DNA of 64,000 nt, from contig CAWBEI010000005.1 of NCBI GenBank assembly GCA_963787835.1, positions 192,001-256,000 on the forward strand, in the 5' to 3' direction. This DNA comes from Ignavibacteriota bacterium. GTDB lineage: Bacteria > Bacteroidota > Ignavibacteria > Palsa-1295. This document shows positions 1 through 8,810 of this stretch, piece after piece (positions within the stretch are counted from its first letter, which is position 1; each line of letters starts with the position of its first letter). Below the pieces are notes generated by a model that worked only from the letters and a program-made list of their open reading frames with translations, did not search any database and was not told the DNA's origin. Position numbers and translations under genes: made by a program.

Positions 1-134
1 TTGAATTGAATTCTCGATAAACCGGCAAGGGCGTTGAGCGTAGAGCAGGAATTCAGGCTTGCTGAAATCACACCAGCACCGAGGATAAGGGCAACGATCA
101 CCCCAACTATTCCAGAGCGTTTAAATATTTTCAT
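1..134 (-). CDS. Putative lipoprotein, 5' part only (runs off the window)
   Basis: Manual translation from ATG at 134: MKIFKRSGIVGVIVALILGAGVISASLNSC-STLNALAG..., basic n-region, hydrophobic stretch and lipobox-like LNSC; lies downstream of rho on the same strand. Confidence 0.6.
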   Translation of the reverse strand, partial: MKIFKRSGIVGVIVALILGAGVISASLNSCSTLNALAGLSRIQF

Positions 135-217
135 AAATGAATATTGTATTAACTTTTCTTGTGATTCAAAACAGGAAAACAATTCGCACATAACTAACGT
201 GCGAATGAGCCGCATGC

Positions 218-1525
218 TTAACTCGACATCGAACGCAAGAATTCTTTGTTTGTCTTGGTTCCACGCATTCGGTCTAAAAGGAACTCCATCGCATCGACGG
301 GTTGCATATCCGCAAGCAGTTTGCGAAGGATCCATGCGCGGTTCAGATCCTCGGCGCTGAGGAGAAGTTCCTCATGACGAGTGCCTGATGCGTTTACGTT
401 GATGGCTGGAAAAATTCGGCGATCGGAGAGTTTACGATCCAACTGGATTTCCATATTTCCTGTGCCCTTGAATTCTTCAAAGATAACTTCGTCCATTCGC
501 GAGCCGGTTTCGACAAGCGCTGTTGCAATGATAGTTAACGAACCACCTTCCTCGATATTTCGGGCTGCTCCAAAGAAACGCTTCGGTCGATGAAGCGCAA
601 GCGCATCCACGCCACCCGAGAGTATCTTACCGGAATGAGGTATAACGGTATTGTGGGCGCGAGCAAGACGCGTGATCGAGTCAAGCAAGATAACGACATC
701 GAGTTTTGCTTCCGTCAAGCGTTTTGCTTTTTCTATCGCCATTTCGGCAACTTGCACATGCCGCTCGGCGGGTTCATCGAATGTTGAGGCAACGACTTCG
801 GCTTTAACGGAACGCTCCATATCGGTAACTTCTTCCGGACGTTCATCAATGAGCAGTACGATTAGTTTTACGTCAGGATGATTTCTTGCGATGGAATTTG
901 CAATTTTCTGGAGGATGACCGTTTTTCCAGACTTTGGTGGCGATACAATTAGCCCACGCTGCCCAAATCCTATCGGACAAATAATATCCATAATGCGCAT
1001 CGAGTATTCACCAGGTGAAGTCTCGAGCAACATGTGACGATTAGGATAGAGCGGCGTGAGATTGTCGAAAAGTGCGCGATCGCGCATCATCTCGACCGGC
1101 AGATAGTTGAGCTTATCGAGCTTTGAGAGGGCAAAAAATCGCTCGCCGGGTTTTGGAGGACGTACCGTTCCTTCAATAGTATCGCCCGTACGAAGTTTTA
1201 ATTTTTGAACTTGAGAAGGGGAGACATACACATCGTCAGGAGAAGGGAGATAATTGTAATCCGGAGATCGAAGGAATCCGTAGCCATCTGGATGCAATTC
1301 AAGCGTTCCGGAAGTCGGCGCGCTTGATTCTTCCTCCACAACAACGGCCTTGCCATTGGAAGGAACTACTGCCGATTGTAGCTTTGATGCATCGGATTCC
1401 AGGATGCGGAAAATAAGCTCTTGCTTCCGCATATCTGCATAGCCTTCGATGCCGAGGCTTTTTGCGAGATCGTTCAGTTCGACGATCTTTTTTGTTTTTA
1501 ATTCTGCTGCGCTGAGTAATGCCAT
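218..1525 (-). CDS. rho: Transcription termination factor Rho
   Basis: GYGFLRS RNA-binding motif, P-loop [32 protein letters not shown]; start taken at ATG 1525 ([10 protein letters not shown]) rather than TTG 1564. Confidence 0.97.
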   Translation of the reverse strand: MALLSAAELKTKKIVELNDLAKSLGIEGYADMRKQELIFRILESDASKLQSAVVPSNGKAVVVEEESSAPTSGTLELHPDGYGFLRSPDYNYLPSPDDVYVSPSQVQKLKLRTGDTIEGTVRPPKPGERFFALSKLDKLNYLPVEMMRDRALFDNLTPLYPNRHMLLETSPGEYSMRIMDIICPIGFGQRGLIVSPPKSGKTVILQKIANSIARNHPDVKLIVLLIDERPEEVTDMERSVKAEVVASTFDEPAERHVQVAEMAIEKAKRLTEAKLDVVILLDSITRLARAHNTVIPHSGKILSGGVDALALHRPKRFFGAARNIEEGGSLTIIATALVETGSRMDEVIFEEFKGTGNMEIQLDRKLSDRRIFPAINVNASGTRHEELLLSAEDLNRAWILRKLLADMQPVDAMEFLLDRMRGTKTNKEFLRSMSS

Positions 1526-1967
1526 AAGTAGATGATGGGGGGGAAGTGCGGTTGGTCGCCGCAACAGCCTGTTTCTTACTAATGCTCTTTAAGCAAAAGC
1601 TCCACAGGCTTATTCAAAAAGTGGGCTGGTAAAAGTTGATGGATTGACGACGTCAAGCCGGTCACATGGGTTACGACTCGACGAGAAAATGAGAACAGTT
1701 TGCGTGTTACGACCATATCTCTGTAATCGCAACTAACTCTCAGACCGATAAACAAGGAGCCCATACGGGCCGAAGAATTCTTTTGCTACTCCGATCTCTG
1801 TGGTAAAAAAGGAAATTTTAAAATCTCACAGATGACCGCTGGATGTCGATCTAGGGACCGGAGGGTTTAGGCCAGAGCGTTTGGAGTTAATTCAGCTACT
1901 CCGTCATTCGCACTATACTACAAAAAAGTAAACCTGTTTCAGGCTACATTCATTTTTGGATTTACGC

Positions 1968-3230
1968 TCAATTTATAAAACAAACATCCCGGTCCGAAAG
2001 TTCACGCAGAAATTCCCCGACCACATAATGCGAGCCAGAAAGAAGCAGTATATTTCCAGGAGAAGCACTCGAAATTGCCATTTCTACGCCATTTTTGACA
2101 TTTCCACCATCCTTTGCTGGTATTCCCAGTAAATTTGCTTTGGTCGCAAGTTCGTCGCTTGGAAGGGCACGCGGGGTATCTGCAGAAATGGCAATAAAAT
2201 CCTGTGCAAAATCCTTTACTAAATTCAGGATCTGATCCACATGCTTATCCTTCATAATTCCGAAAATGACTACTGGGTGAACATTCATTTTTTTGAAAAA
2301 TTTGCGAACTGCCTGCAATGCTTCTGGATTATGGCCGACATCCAGAAAAAATCGTAATCCTTGCTCACGAAGTTTAGGCCACTCGATCTCATCGAGTCTC
2401 CCGTGAAGTCCAGTTAATTTGGAAGTTTCCCGGATAGCGTTTCTGGCTATTTCATCAGAAATGTGATAGGGAAGCGATCTTAGAGTTGCTCGGACCGAAA
2501 GTAAATTCTCAACTTGATGTTCACCGGGCAAAGCTGGTTCCCATTTTTCGTTGTACAATAATTCCTTTTGAACGCCCCGAACAAATGTCAAAGGCGCACC
2601 AACCTCTTTTGACTTTGAGCGAAAGATATGCTCCAACTCGGACAAGGAATTCACAATAGCAGGAACACCCGATTTAAATATTCCTGCCTTTTCTCTCGCG
2701 ATATCCTCCAAGGTAGGGCCAAGCTGTGCATGATGGTCGTGACCGATCGATGTGATGACGGTTGCGAGTGGCTTCTCAAGTACATTGGTAGCATCTAACC
2801 GGCCACCCAAACCAGTTTCGATGATCGCAACTTCTACGTTATGACGTGCAAAATGATCGAAGACCATCGCTGTCGTCACCTCAAAAAAACTTGCTTTCAT
2901 TTCCTCAACACTCGGCCAAATATGTTCGAGAAACGCAAGGACTTCCAGTTGTGAGATCATTTCGCCATTAATACGAATGCGTTCCCGGAAATCAACAAGA
3001 TGAGGGGACGTATAAAGTCCGGTTCGTTTGCCCGCAACCTGATGCACCGCAGAAAGCATCGCCGCTACGCTTCCTTTGCCATTCGTACCAGCGATATGGA
3101 TCGAATCAAATTTTCGTTCAGGATGCCCAAGGTCTTCGAGCAATGCCCGTATATTATCTAATCCGAGCTTCATGCCAAAGAACTCGAGCTTGTAAAGTGC
3201 GTCGAGCCTATCCTGATACTCGTTCATCAT
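1968..3230 (-). CDS. folC: Folylpolyglutamate synthase/dihydrofolate synthase
   Basis: HIAGTNGKGS, GLYTSPHL, ETGLGGRLDATNV, DVGHNP motifs. Confidence 0.95.
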   Translation of the reverse strand: MMNEYQDRLDALYKLEFFGMKLGLDNIRALLEDLGHPERKFDSIHIAGTNGKGSVAAMLSAVHQVAGKRTGLYTSPHLVDFRERIRINGEMISQLEVLAFLEHIWPSVEEMKASFFEVTTAMVFDHFARHNVEVAIIETGLGGRLDATNVLEKPLATVITSIGHDHHAQLGPTLEDIAREKAGIFKSGVPAIVNSLSELEHIFRSKSKEVGAPLTFVRGVQKELLYNEKWEPALPGEHQVENLLSVRATLRSLPYHISDEIARNAIRETSKLTGLHGRLDEIEWPKLREQGLRFFLDVGHNPEALQAVRKFFKKMNVHPVVIFGIMKDKHVDQILNLVKDFAQDFIAISADTPRALPSDELATKANLLGIPAKDGGNVKNGVEMAISSASPGNILLLSGSHYVVGEFLRELSDRDVCFIN

Positions 3231-4984
3231 TAGGCGGCGGTAAGGCGAGATTTCTTCAGTTCCTTCGGAGCATTCTGCAAGGCTTCTGCAATAAGAGATC
3301 GTGCATTATCCAGCGCTCCCGAGGACAAAACATCACCAGAGATTAACCGAGCCACTTCTTCAACATGCTCTTTGTCGCTCAATTGCTTTAAATGAGATGA
3401 CGTTACCCCTTTTGCTGAGCTTTTCTCAGCAAGATAATGCGAATCGCCACAAGCGGCAATTTGAGCCAGGTGCGTGATAGCGATGGTTTGATGATCCTCC
3501 GAAAGTGTCTTCATTGCTCGTCCAACTCGTTGTGCCACTCGTCCCGAGATACCAATATCGATCTCGTCAAAGATGAGAAGTGGCATTCGATCTGCTTTGG
3601 CGAGAACTGTTTTGAGTGCAAGCATGATCCTCGAAACCTCGCCGCCCGATGCTACGCGTGTTAATGGCTTTGGCGTTTCACCGGCATTTGTCGAGATGAA
3701 AAATTCCACGGTATCTATTCCTCTTCCATTTGATAGAACCGTCTTGCCATCGATTGACAATGCCAGCGGTTCATCGGATCTGGCCGTCTGCTGTTCGATC
3801 TCCACTTTGAACTGCGCATGTTCAATTCCCAATTCTTTTAATATTGCCTCGATCTGTGGCTCTAACTTTTTCGCTTGTTCTGTTCTGGCTTTGGATAACT
3901 TTATTGCCGACCTCGACAAGCGTGGACGAATTTCGGCTAATTCACTCTCCTTAGATAAAATCCGTTGCTCGAATTCTTCCTCGAACGAAAGTTTTTCTTC
4001 TATTTCTCGCTTTTTCTCTAATACTGCTGCCAGAGTTCCTCCGAATTTCTTTTTTAGCCGTTGAATGCCTTGCGCCCGTTCCCGAAGTTCTGCAAGCTCG
4101 CTGGAGTCAAGCGAGATGCGGCCTGCGTAATCGCTGAACCATCGCGAAAGCTCGGTCACGATAACCAGTGCCGATTTTGCCTCGTTAAGCGGTTCTTCAA
4201 GTGTCGGATCGACGGGCGTGAGCCGCGTCAATTGCTCCCGCACCATTCCTAATTTCTCTGTAGCCGATTCTTCGCCATCGTAAAGCAACTCATGAATGCT
4301 CGATGCAGCACCTTGAAGCTCCTCTGCATTCTCAAGGACTTTCAGCCGTGCCTCGATCGCTTCATCTTCGCCTTCAATGGGATTTACCGCATTAATTTCC
4401 CGAAGCTGAAATGAGTGAAGTTCCTGTTCTTCGTCAGCTTTTGTCTTGCGGGATCTCATCTCCGAAATTTCTGCAAGCAATCGTGTCAAAGCATTGCGAA
4501 GAATTCTGAAATCGCTCACCGTCGCTTCCAATCCAGCAAAATCATCCAGCATCTGGATATGCGTTGCAGATCTGAGTAGCGATTGATGCTCATGCTGGCC
4601 ATGTAGATCGACCAGAATTTCGCCAAGAGATTTCATCACTTGCGTACTGACCGGCGAATCATTCACAAATCCACGGCTCGTTCCACGCTGAGTTACTTCT
4701 CGCCTAATCACCAACACATCCTGCGATTCAATTTCATTCTCTGCAAAAAACTCGCTGAGTTCCCGATCACTCAGAAAATCGAACTCGGCCTCGACGATCG
4801 TCTTATCGGCTCCGGCTCTGACCATATCCGAAGACGCCCGATCGCCAAGAAGTAACCCAAATGCGCCCAGGATAATGGATTTACCCGCGCCTGTCTCGCC
4901 GGTGATGATATTCAGCCCAGGAGTAAACTGGACCGTGAACTCATCAATGAGCGCGTAGTTCTTTATGTAAAGAGAACGTAACAA
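3230..4984 (-). CDS. recN: DNA repair protein RecN
   Basis: ITGETGAGKS Walker A, LHGQHEHQ, ASGGEVSR signature, IFDEIDIGISG, ITHLAQIAA; TTG start. Confidence 0.97.
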   Translation of the reverse strand: MLRSLYIKNYALIDEFTVQFTPGLNIITGETGAGKSIILGAFGLLLGDRASSDMVRAGADKTIVEAEFDFLSDRELSEFFAENEIESQDVLVIRREVTQRGTSRGFVNDSPVSTQVMKSLGEILVDLHGQHEHQSLLRSATHIQMLDDFAGLEATVSDFRILRNALTRLLAEISEMRSRKTKADEEQELHSFQLREINAVNPIEGEDEAIEARLKVLENAEELQGAASSIHELLYDGEESATEKLGMVREQLTRLTPVDPTLEEPLNEAKSALVIVTELSRWFSDYAGRISLDSSELAELRERAQGIQRLKKKFGGTLAAVLEKKREIEEKLSFEEEFEQRILSKESELAEIRPRLSRSAIKLSKARTEQAKKLEPQIEAILKELGIEHAQFKVEIEQQTARSDEPLALSIDGKTVLSNGRGIDTVEFFISTNAGETPKPLTRVASGGEVSRIMLALKTVLAKADRMPLLIFDEIDIGISGRVAQRVGRAMKTLSEDHQTIAITHLAQIAACGDSHYLAEKSSAKGVTSSHLKQLSDKEHVEEVARLISGDVLSSGALDNARSLIAEALQNAPKELKKSRLTAA

Positions 4985-5110
4985 TTAAGAAGTAAAAATT
5001 AAGAATTAATAGGAAGGCTATTTCGGAGCATTTAGTGTCCGAGTTCCCTTAAAATTGGAATGGGGACTAATTTGCCCCCATTCTTAATTCTTAATTTTTA
5101 ATTCTTAATT
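4984..5110. repeat. Inverted clusters of short tandem heptamer repeats (AATTAAG/AATTAAA ... TTCTTAA/TTTTTAA)
   Basis: AATTAAGAAGTAAAAATTAAGAATT at ~4984-5008 and TTCTTAATTCTTAATTTTTAATTCTTAATT at 5081-5110; same unit at ~14405-14430. Confidence 0.75.
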
Positions 5111-5111
5111 A

Positions 5112-5453
5112 TTAAGTGGTCTTACGGCGTACATCCTTCGAGCCTAAGCCGCGGAGATGGTAGAGCTTAGCGCGGCGAACCTGACCGGCCGATACAAAAT
5201 CGATCTTCGCGATACGCGGCGAGTGGATGGGGAAGATACGCTCGACGCCCACGCCATTCGAGATCTTGCGGACGGTCACCGTCTCGTTGAGTCCCGAACC
5301 TCGGCGCGCAATCACGATTCCCTCGAAATGCTGGATGCGCTCCTTATCGCCCTCGACGACCCGCACCGACACGTTTATCACGTCACCGGACCGAAATTGC
5401 GGAATATCCTGACGAAGCTGAGCAAGGTTGACGGCGTGTATGATCTGTTCCAT
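5112..5453 (-). CDS. rplS: 50S ribosomal protein L19
   Basis: [35 protein letters not shown]. Confidence 0.98.
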   Translation of the reverse strand: MEQIIHAVNLAQLRQDIPQFRSGDVINVSVRVVEGDKERIQHFEGIVIARRGSGLNETVTVRKISNGVGVERIFPIHSPRIAKIDFVSAGQVRRAKLYHLRGLGSKDVRRKTT

Positions 5454-5915
5454 GGCGGTAAAAGGTGTTCGGTTTCAGGATATTATGGTTTCTAATTTCG
5501 GGCGGGCAATAACCGCGATGCCTGCCAAGAAGTTCACGAAACCCTACATCCTCCAATTACAACAAATTTTCGTGTTTTCAGTGTCTCCCAGAAATAGGTG
5601 CCATTTCTTTTTTTTGCTGAGTTCCCGACCACCCTCAATTTCGAGCCATTTTCGCCATTTGTTGCAAAAGTTATTCACATTTTGCTTTCCCAAAGAACAC
5701 GTTCATTCCGAAAACCAGCGCCGCATCAATTGTCAATGAACTCTCCACGCTCCGTATTTCTTACTTCTTAACTCTCACTTCTTACTTATTTCCCCCTTTC
5801 ATCTCTCATATTTCATCTTTTCCCCGACAGGGTGCCTATTATCTCACTCACTAATATACAACACCCAAAACCCAAAAGCAAGTAAATCCGAAATTATTTT
5901 TGAAAATCCGGCAAC

Positions 5916-6026
5916 CGTAGGGACGTGCTGCGCACGTCCGTTTTGCAGGAATGCTCATTCAAGATCTCGGCTGATTTCACAATTGTTGGCATTTGCCGGG
6001 GCGGACGTGCGCAGCACGTTCCTATG
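5916..6026. repeat. GTAG-type REP dimer (REPIN-like inverted repeat)
   Basis: CGTAGGGACGTGCTGCGCACGTCCG (5916-5940) versus CGGACGTGCGCAGCACGTTCCTATG (6002-6026), 23/25 complementary; each arm is itself a hairpin. Confidence 0.85.
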
Positions 6027-6029
6027 GAT

Positions 6030-6122
6030 CACGCACCGATAGGAGCGATATTTCGTAGCCCCGGACGTGAGTCCGGGGTTAGCATTATTTTGTGAGCCAA
6101 AAGTCACGAAGGGACGACAGAA
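6030..6122 (+). repeat. Composite REP-like element, left copy flanking the SIR2 gene
   Basis: GTAGCCCCGGACGTGAGTCCGGGGTT (6055-6080) and AAAAGTCACGAAGGGACGACAGAA (6099-6122); inverted copy at 7975-8066. Confidence 0.85.
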
Positions 6123-6180
6123 GAGCGACTAAATTGTCGTATATTAGTGTAAAAGATGATAGGCACCTATTATAAACTTT

Positions 6181-7952
6181 ATGGATAGAAAACTCGACTT
6201 AGTTATACCGATTGCATCCTCGATTCACTCTTCAAAAGGAGTGTACGCTTTGTTGCTTGGTTCTGGTATATCACGCGCGGCGAAAATACTTACGGGTCAT
6301 GAGATAACCGGTGAACTCATTAAACGAATCGCTCTTGCACAAAAGGCGGATGTGGGCGACGATCCGCATTCTTGGTATTTCAAAACCTTCGATACGCAAC
6401 CAAAATATGATGATTTACTTGCAAAGTTAGCACCCTCTGCAGATGACAGACACATGCTCCTGCGTCCCTATTTCGAGCCTAACGATGCTGACCGATCAAG
6501 CGGTGATAAAAGACCGACGGTAGCACATAAGGCAATTGTGAGGTTAGTGAAGAAAGGATTCATCCGTGTAATTATCACAACGAACTTCGATCATCTAATT
6601 GAACAAGCGCTCGAGAGTGAAGGAGTTGCATTCACCGTTGTCTATACCGATAATATGGTTTCAGGGATGCTTCCGTTGGTTCATGGCGGAGTGATAATAA
6701 TTAAGGTAAATGGCGATTACACTAACCCACGCCTTCGCAATACTGAAGATGAACTTACAAGCTACGGTAATGAGATGAGGAATTTATTGTCAAGAGTTTT
6801 CGACGAATATGGGCTGATTGTTTGCGGATGGTCAGCTAAATGGGATAAAGGACTATGTGAACTAATTGAAAAATCTCCGAATCGTCGATTTTCTTCGTTC
6901 TGGACAACAGTCAATACACCTGATCCAGAACTCGAACAGTTAATCCGAAATCGTCAAGGCAATCTGATTTCCATTGATAATGCTGACAGTTTCTTTTCCT
7001 CGCTTGAAAGAAGGTCATGGCTCTTGAATCACTTTCGAACCGTCCGCCTCTCACATCGAAGCTAGCGGCAGAATCGGTTAAACTTTATCTGCCAGATCCT
7101 TCACAAACTATTCGCCTACAAGAACTCGTTCAGAACGAAGCAATCAGAGTAAGAGATCTACTTTCAGAATATAATGTGAGTGTGGCCGGGGTGCATGGAG
7201 GAGCTGATGAATTACTTCGACGTGTTGATTTTTATGAAGTCACCGTAGATACTTTGTTGCAGATTCTTATTGTTGGTGCGCTATATGGAAGCCAAGAGCA
7301 TCGTGCTTTGTGGAGAAAAGCATTTGAAGTAATTGGTTCTTCATTGACCCGTGTGGTTCCGTCGATAGCAGTCCGTTCTTTGACATTACAACTCTATCCT
7401 TTAACTTATTTATTCTTTGGATTCGGAATAGCATCTCTCTTGGGTGAACGCGAGTATAATTTCCTTGAGATTCTCAGGCGCTGGAAATTCGAGTTGAATG
7501 TTGGATATCCGACAACTCCCCATACGCTTAATAACATGACTTTTTGCGACAGTGATGGAACTGGCCTGGCTGAACAATGGCCCAAAGCGCCGAACGGGCA
7601 AAAATATCATATGCCCTTCTCGGAATTTCTATTCGGTAGGCTTCAGAAGCCCCTTGAAGGAGTGGCAAGTTCTCCTCAAAAGTACGCCGAGGCATTTGAC
7701 CAGTTCGAACTGATGATGGATTTGGATGCTCGGTTCATAAAGAGTTCAGAAAGAGTGTCAGGAAGGTACATCTACAAAATCGCTCGACCATCCGGAACTC
7801 AATTCATAAATGATTTAGAAGAGGAAGTTAAACAAGAATCGGGTTCACGCATCTTGCAGGCAGGCTTTTTCGGAGGAAGTTTATCTAAATTTGAAGAGCA
7901 ACTGAAAAATCTCAAGGATCAGATTGGTCAGTATCGGAGCTATTATTGGTGA
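6181..7952 (+). CDS. SIR2-family (SIR2_2-like) protein, split into ORFs 6181-7065 and 7017-7952 by a probable -1 frameshift near 7005-7015
   Basis: LLLGSGISRAA, IITTNFDHLIE, IIKVNGD, LIVCGWSAKWD are sirtuin-like motifs; adding one base gives the continuous reading ...ADSFFSSLE(x)KVMALESL... of ~590 aa. Confidence 0.8.
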
Positions 7953-7974
7953 TTCGTTTTATTTACTCACTAAT

Positions 7975-8066
7975 TTCTGTCGTCCCTCCGGGACTTTTAG
8001 ATCCTAACAACTGCAAACCCCGGACTCACGTCCGGGGCTACAAATATGCCGTCCCTACCGGGACTA
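7975..8066 (-). repeat. Composite REP-like element, right (inverted) copy flanking the SIR2 gene
   Basis: AACCCCGGACTCACGTCCGGGGCTAC (8016-8041) is the exact reverse complement of 6055-6080; 7975-7998 matches 6099-6122 at 22/24. Confidence 0.85.
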
Positions 8067-8094
8067 AGGCGCACCCCACACTTAGCGTTTATTC

Positions 8095-8709
8095 TCAGGT
8101 TTCCTCATCGTCATTGGTGCGGAACCCGATCTTACGTTTCGGCGGCACCGGTTCGGGTTGCAGCAAGGGAATTATTGCCTGATACAGCTCGCGTATATTG
8201 TTATCGTGCATCAGCAGTGTGCTATCGATCTCCGCCAGCCGCGTGAGTATCGCGGCGTTAGCGCTTGTATGCTCGCGCAACTTCACGAATGCCCGAATGA
8301 TGAATACGCTCATTTCAGTCGCCCGTTCGCTGCGCAGAATATTTGCCGCCATGAGCGCCCCATGTTCTGTGAATGCCCAGGGCAAATAGCGTCGACCACC
8401 CCGCCCATCTTTGGTGGCAGTTTTTGAGGTCGCAATTTGCGACCTCAAAATTTGCTCTTCAGAACCTGTCACAAATTGTGACCGGTTGCCTGTCTTTGAG
8501 GCAAGCACCTCGAATTCCTCGTTTGTTAGTCTGAAAGCAAAATCTTCCGGGAATCGATCTCGATTACGCTTGAAAGCTTCATTGAACCGCTTCGTTGTAA
8601 CTCCATAGATGCGAGCCAGATCGGAATCGAGCATCACGCGCGTATTCCGCACTAGGTGAATAAGCGGTTCGAGGGGCTGGGTCGCTAAGGCGGTCTTCTG
8701 TTTTGCCAT
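8095..8709 (-). CDS. ORF6N (KilA-N-like) DNA-binding domain protein
   Basis: VMLDSDLARIYGVTTKRFNEAFKRNRDRFPEDFAFRL, GGRRYLPWAFTEHGALMAANILRS, C-terminal KRKIGF; start taken at ATG 8709. Confidence 0.9.
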   Translation of the reverse strand: MAKQKTALATQPLEPLIHLVRNTRVMLDSDLARIYGVTTKRFNEAFKRNRDRFPEDFAFRLTNEEFEVLASKTGNRSQFVTGSEEQILRSQIATSKTATKDGRGGRRYLPWAFTEHGALMAANILRSERATEMSVFIIRAFVKLREHTSANAAILTRLAEIDSTLLMHDNNIRELYQAIIPLLQPEPVPPKRKIGFRTNDDEET

Positions 8710-8810
8710 TATGTAAGATGGGATGCTGTATCTCAATTGCTCATCCCCAACATAATAGGCACCTATTGCGGGTTCCATCCATCCAACAATTTCGTTCGTT
8801 TTTAACGGGC

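Noticed and set aside
5671-5679. DnaA-box-like TTATTCACA in the long rplS upstream region
   Set aside because: A single box without a cluster or dnaA/gidA context is insufficient for an origin call
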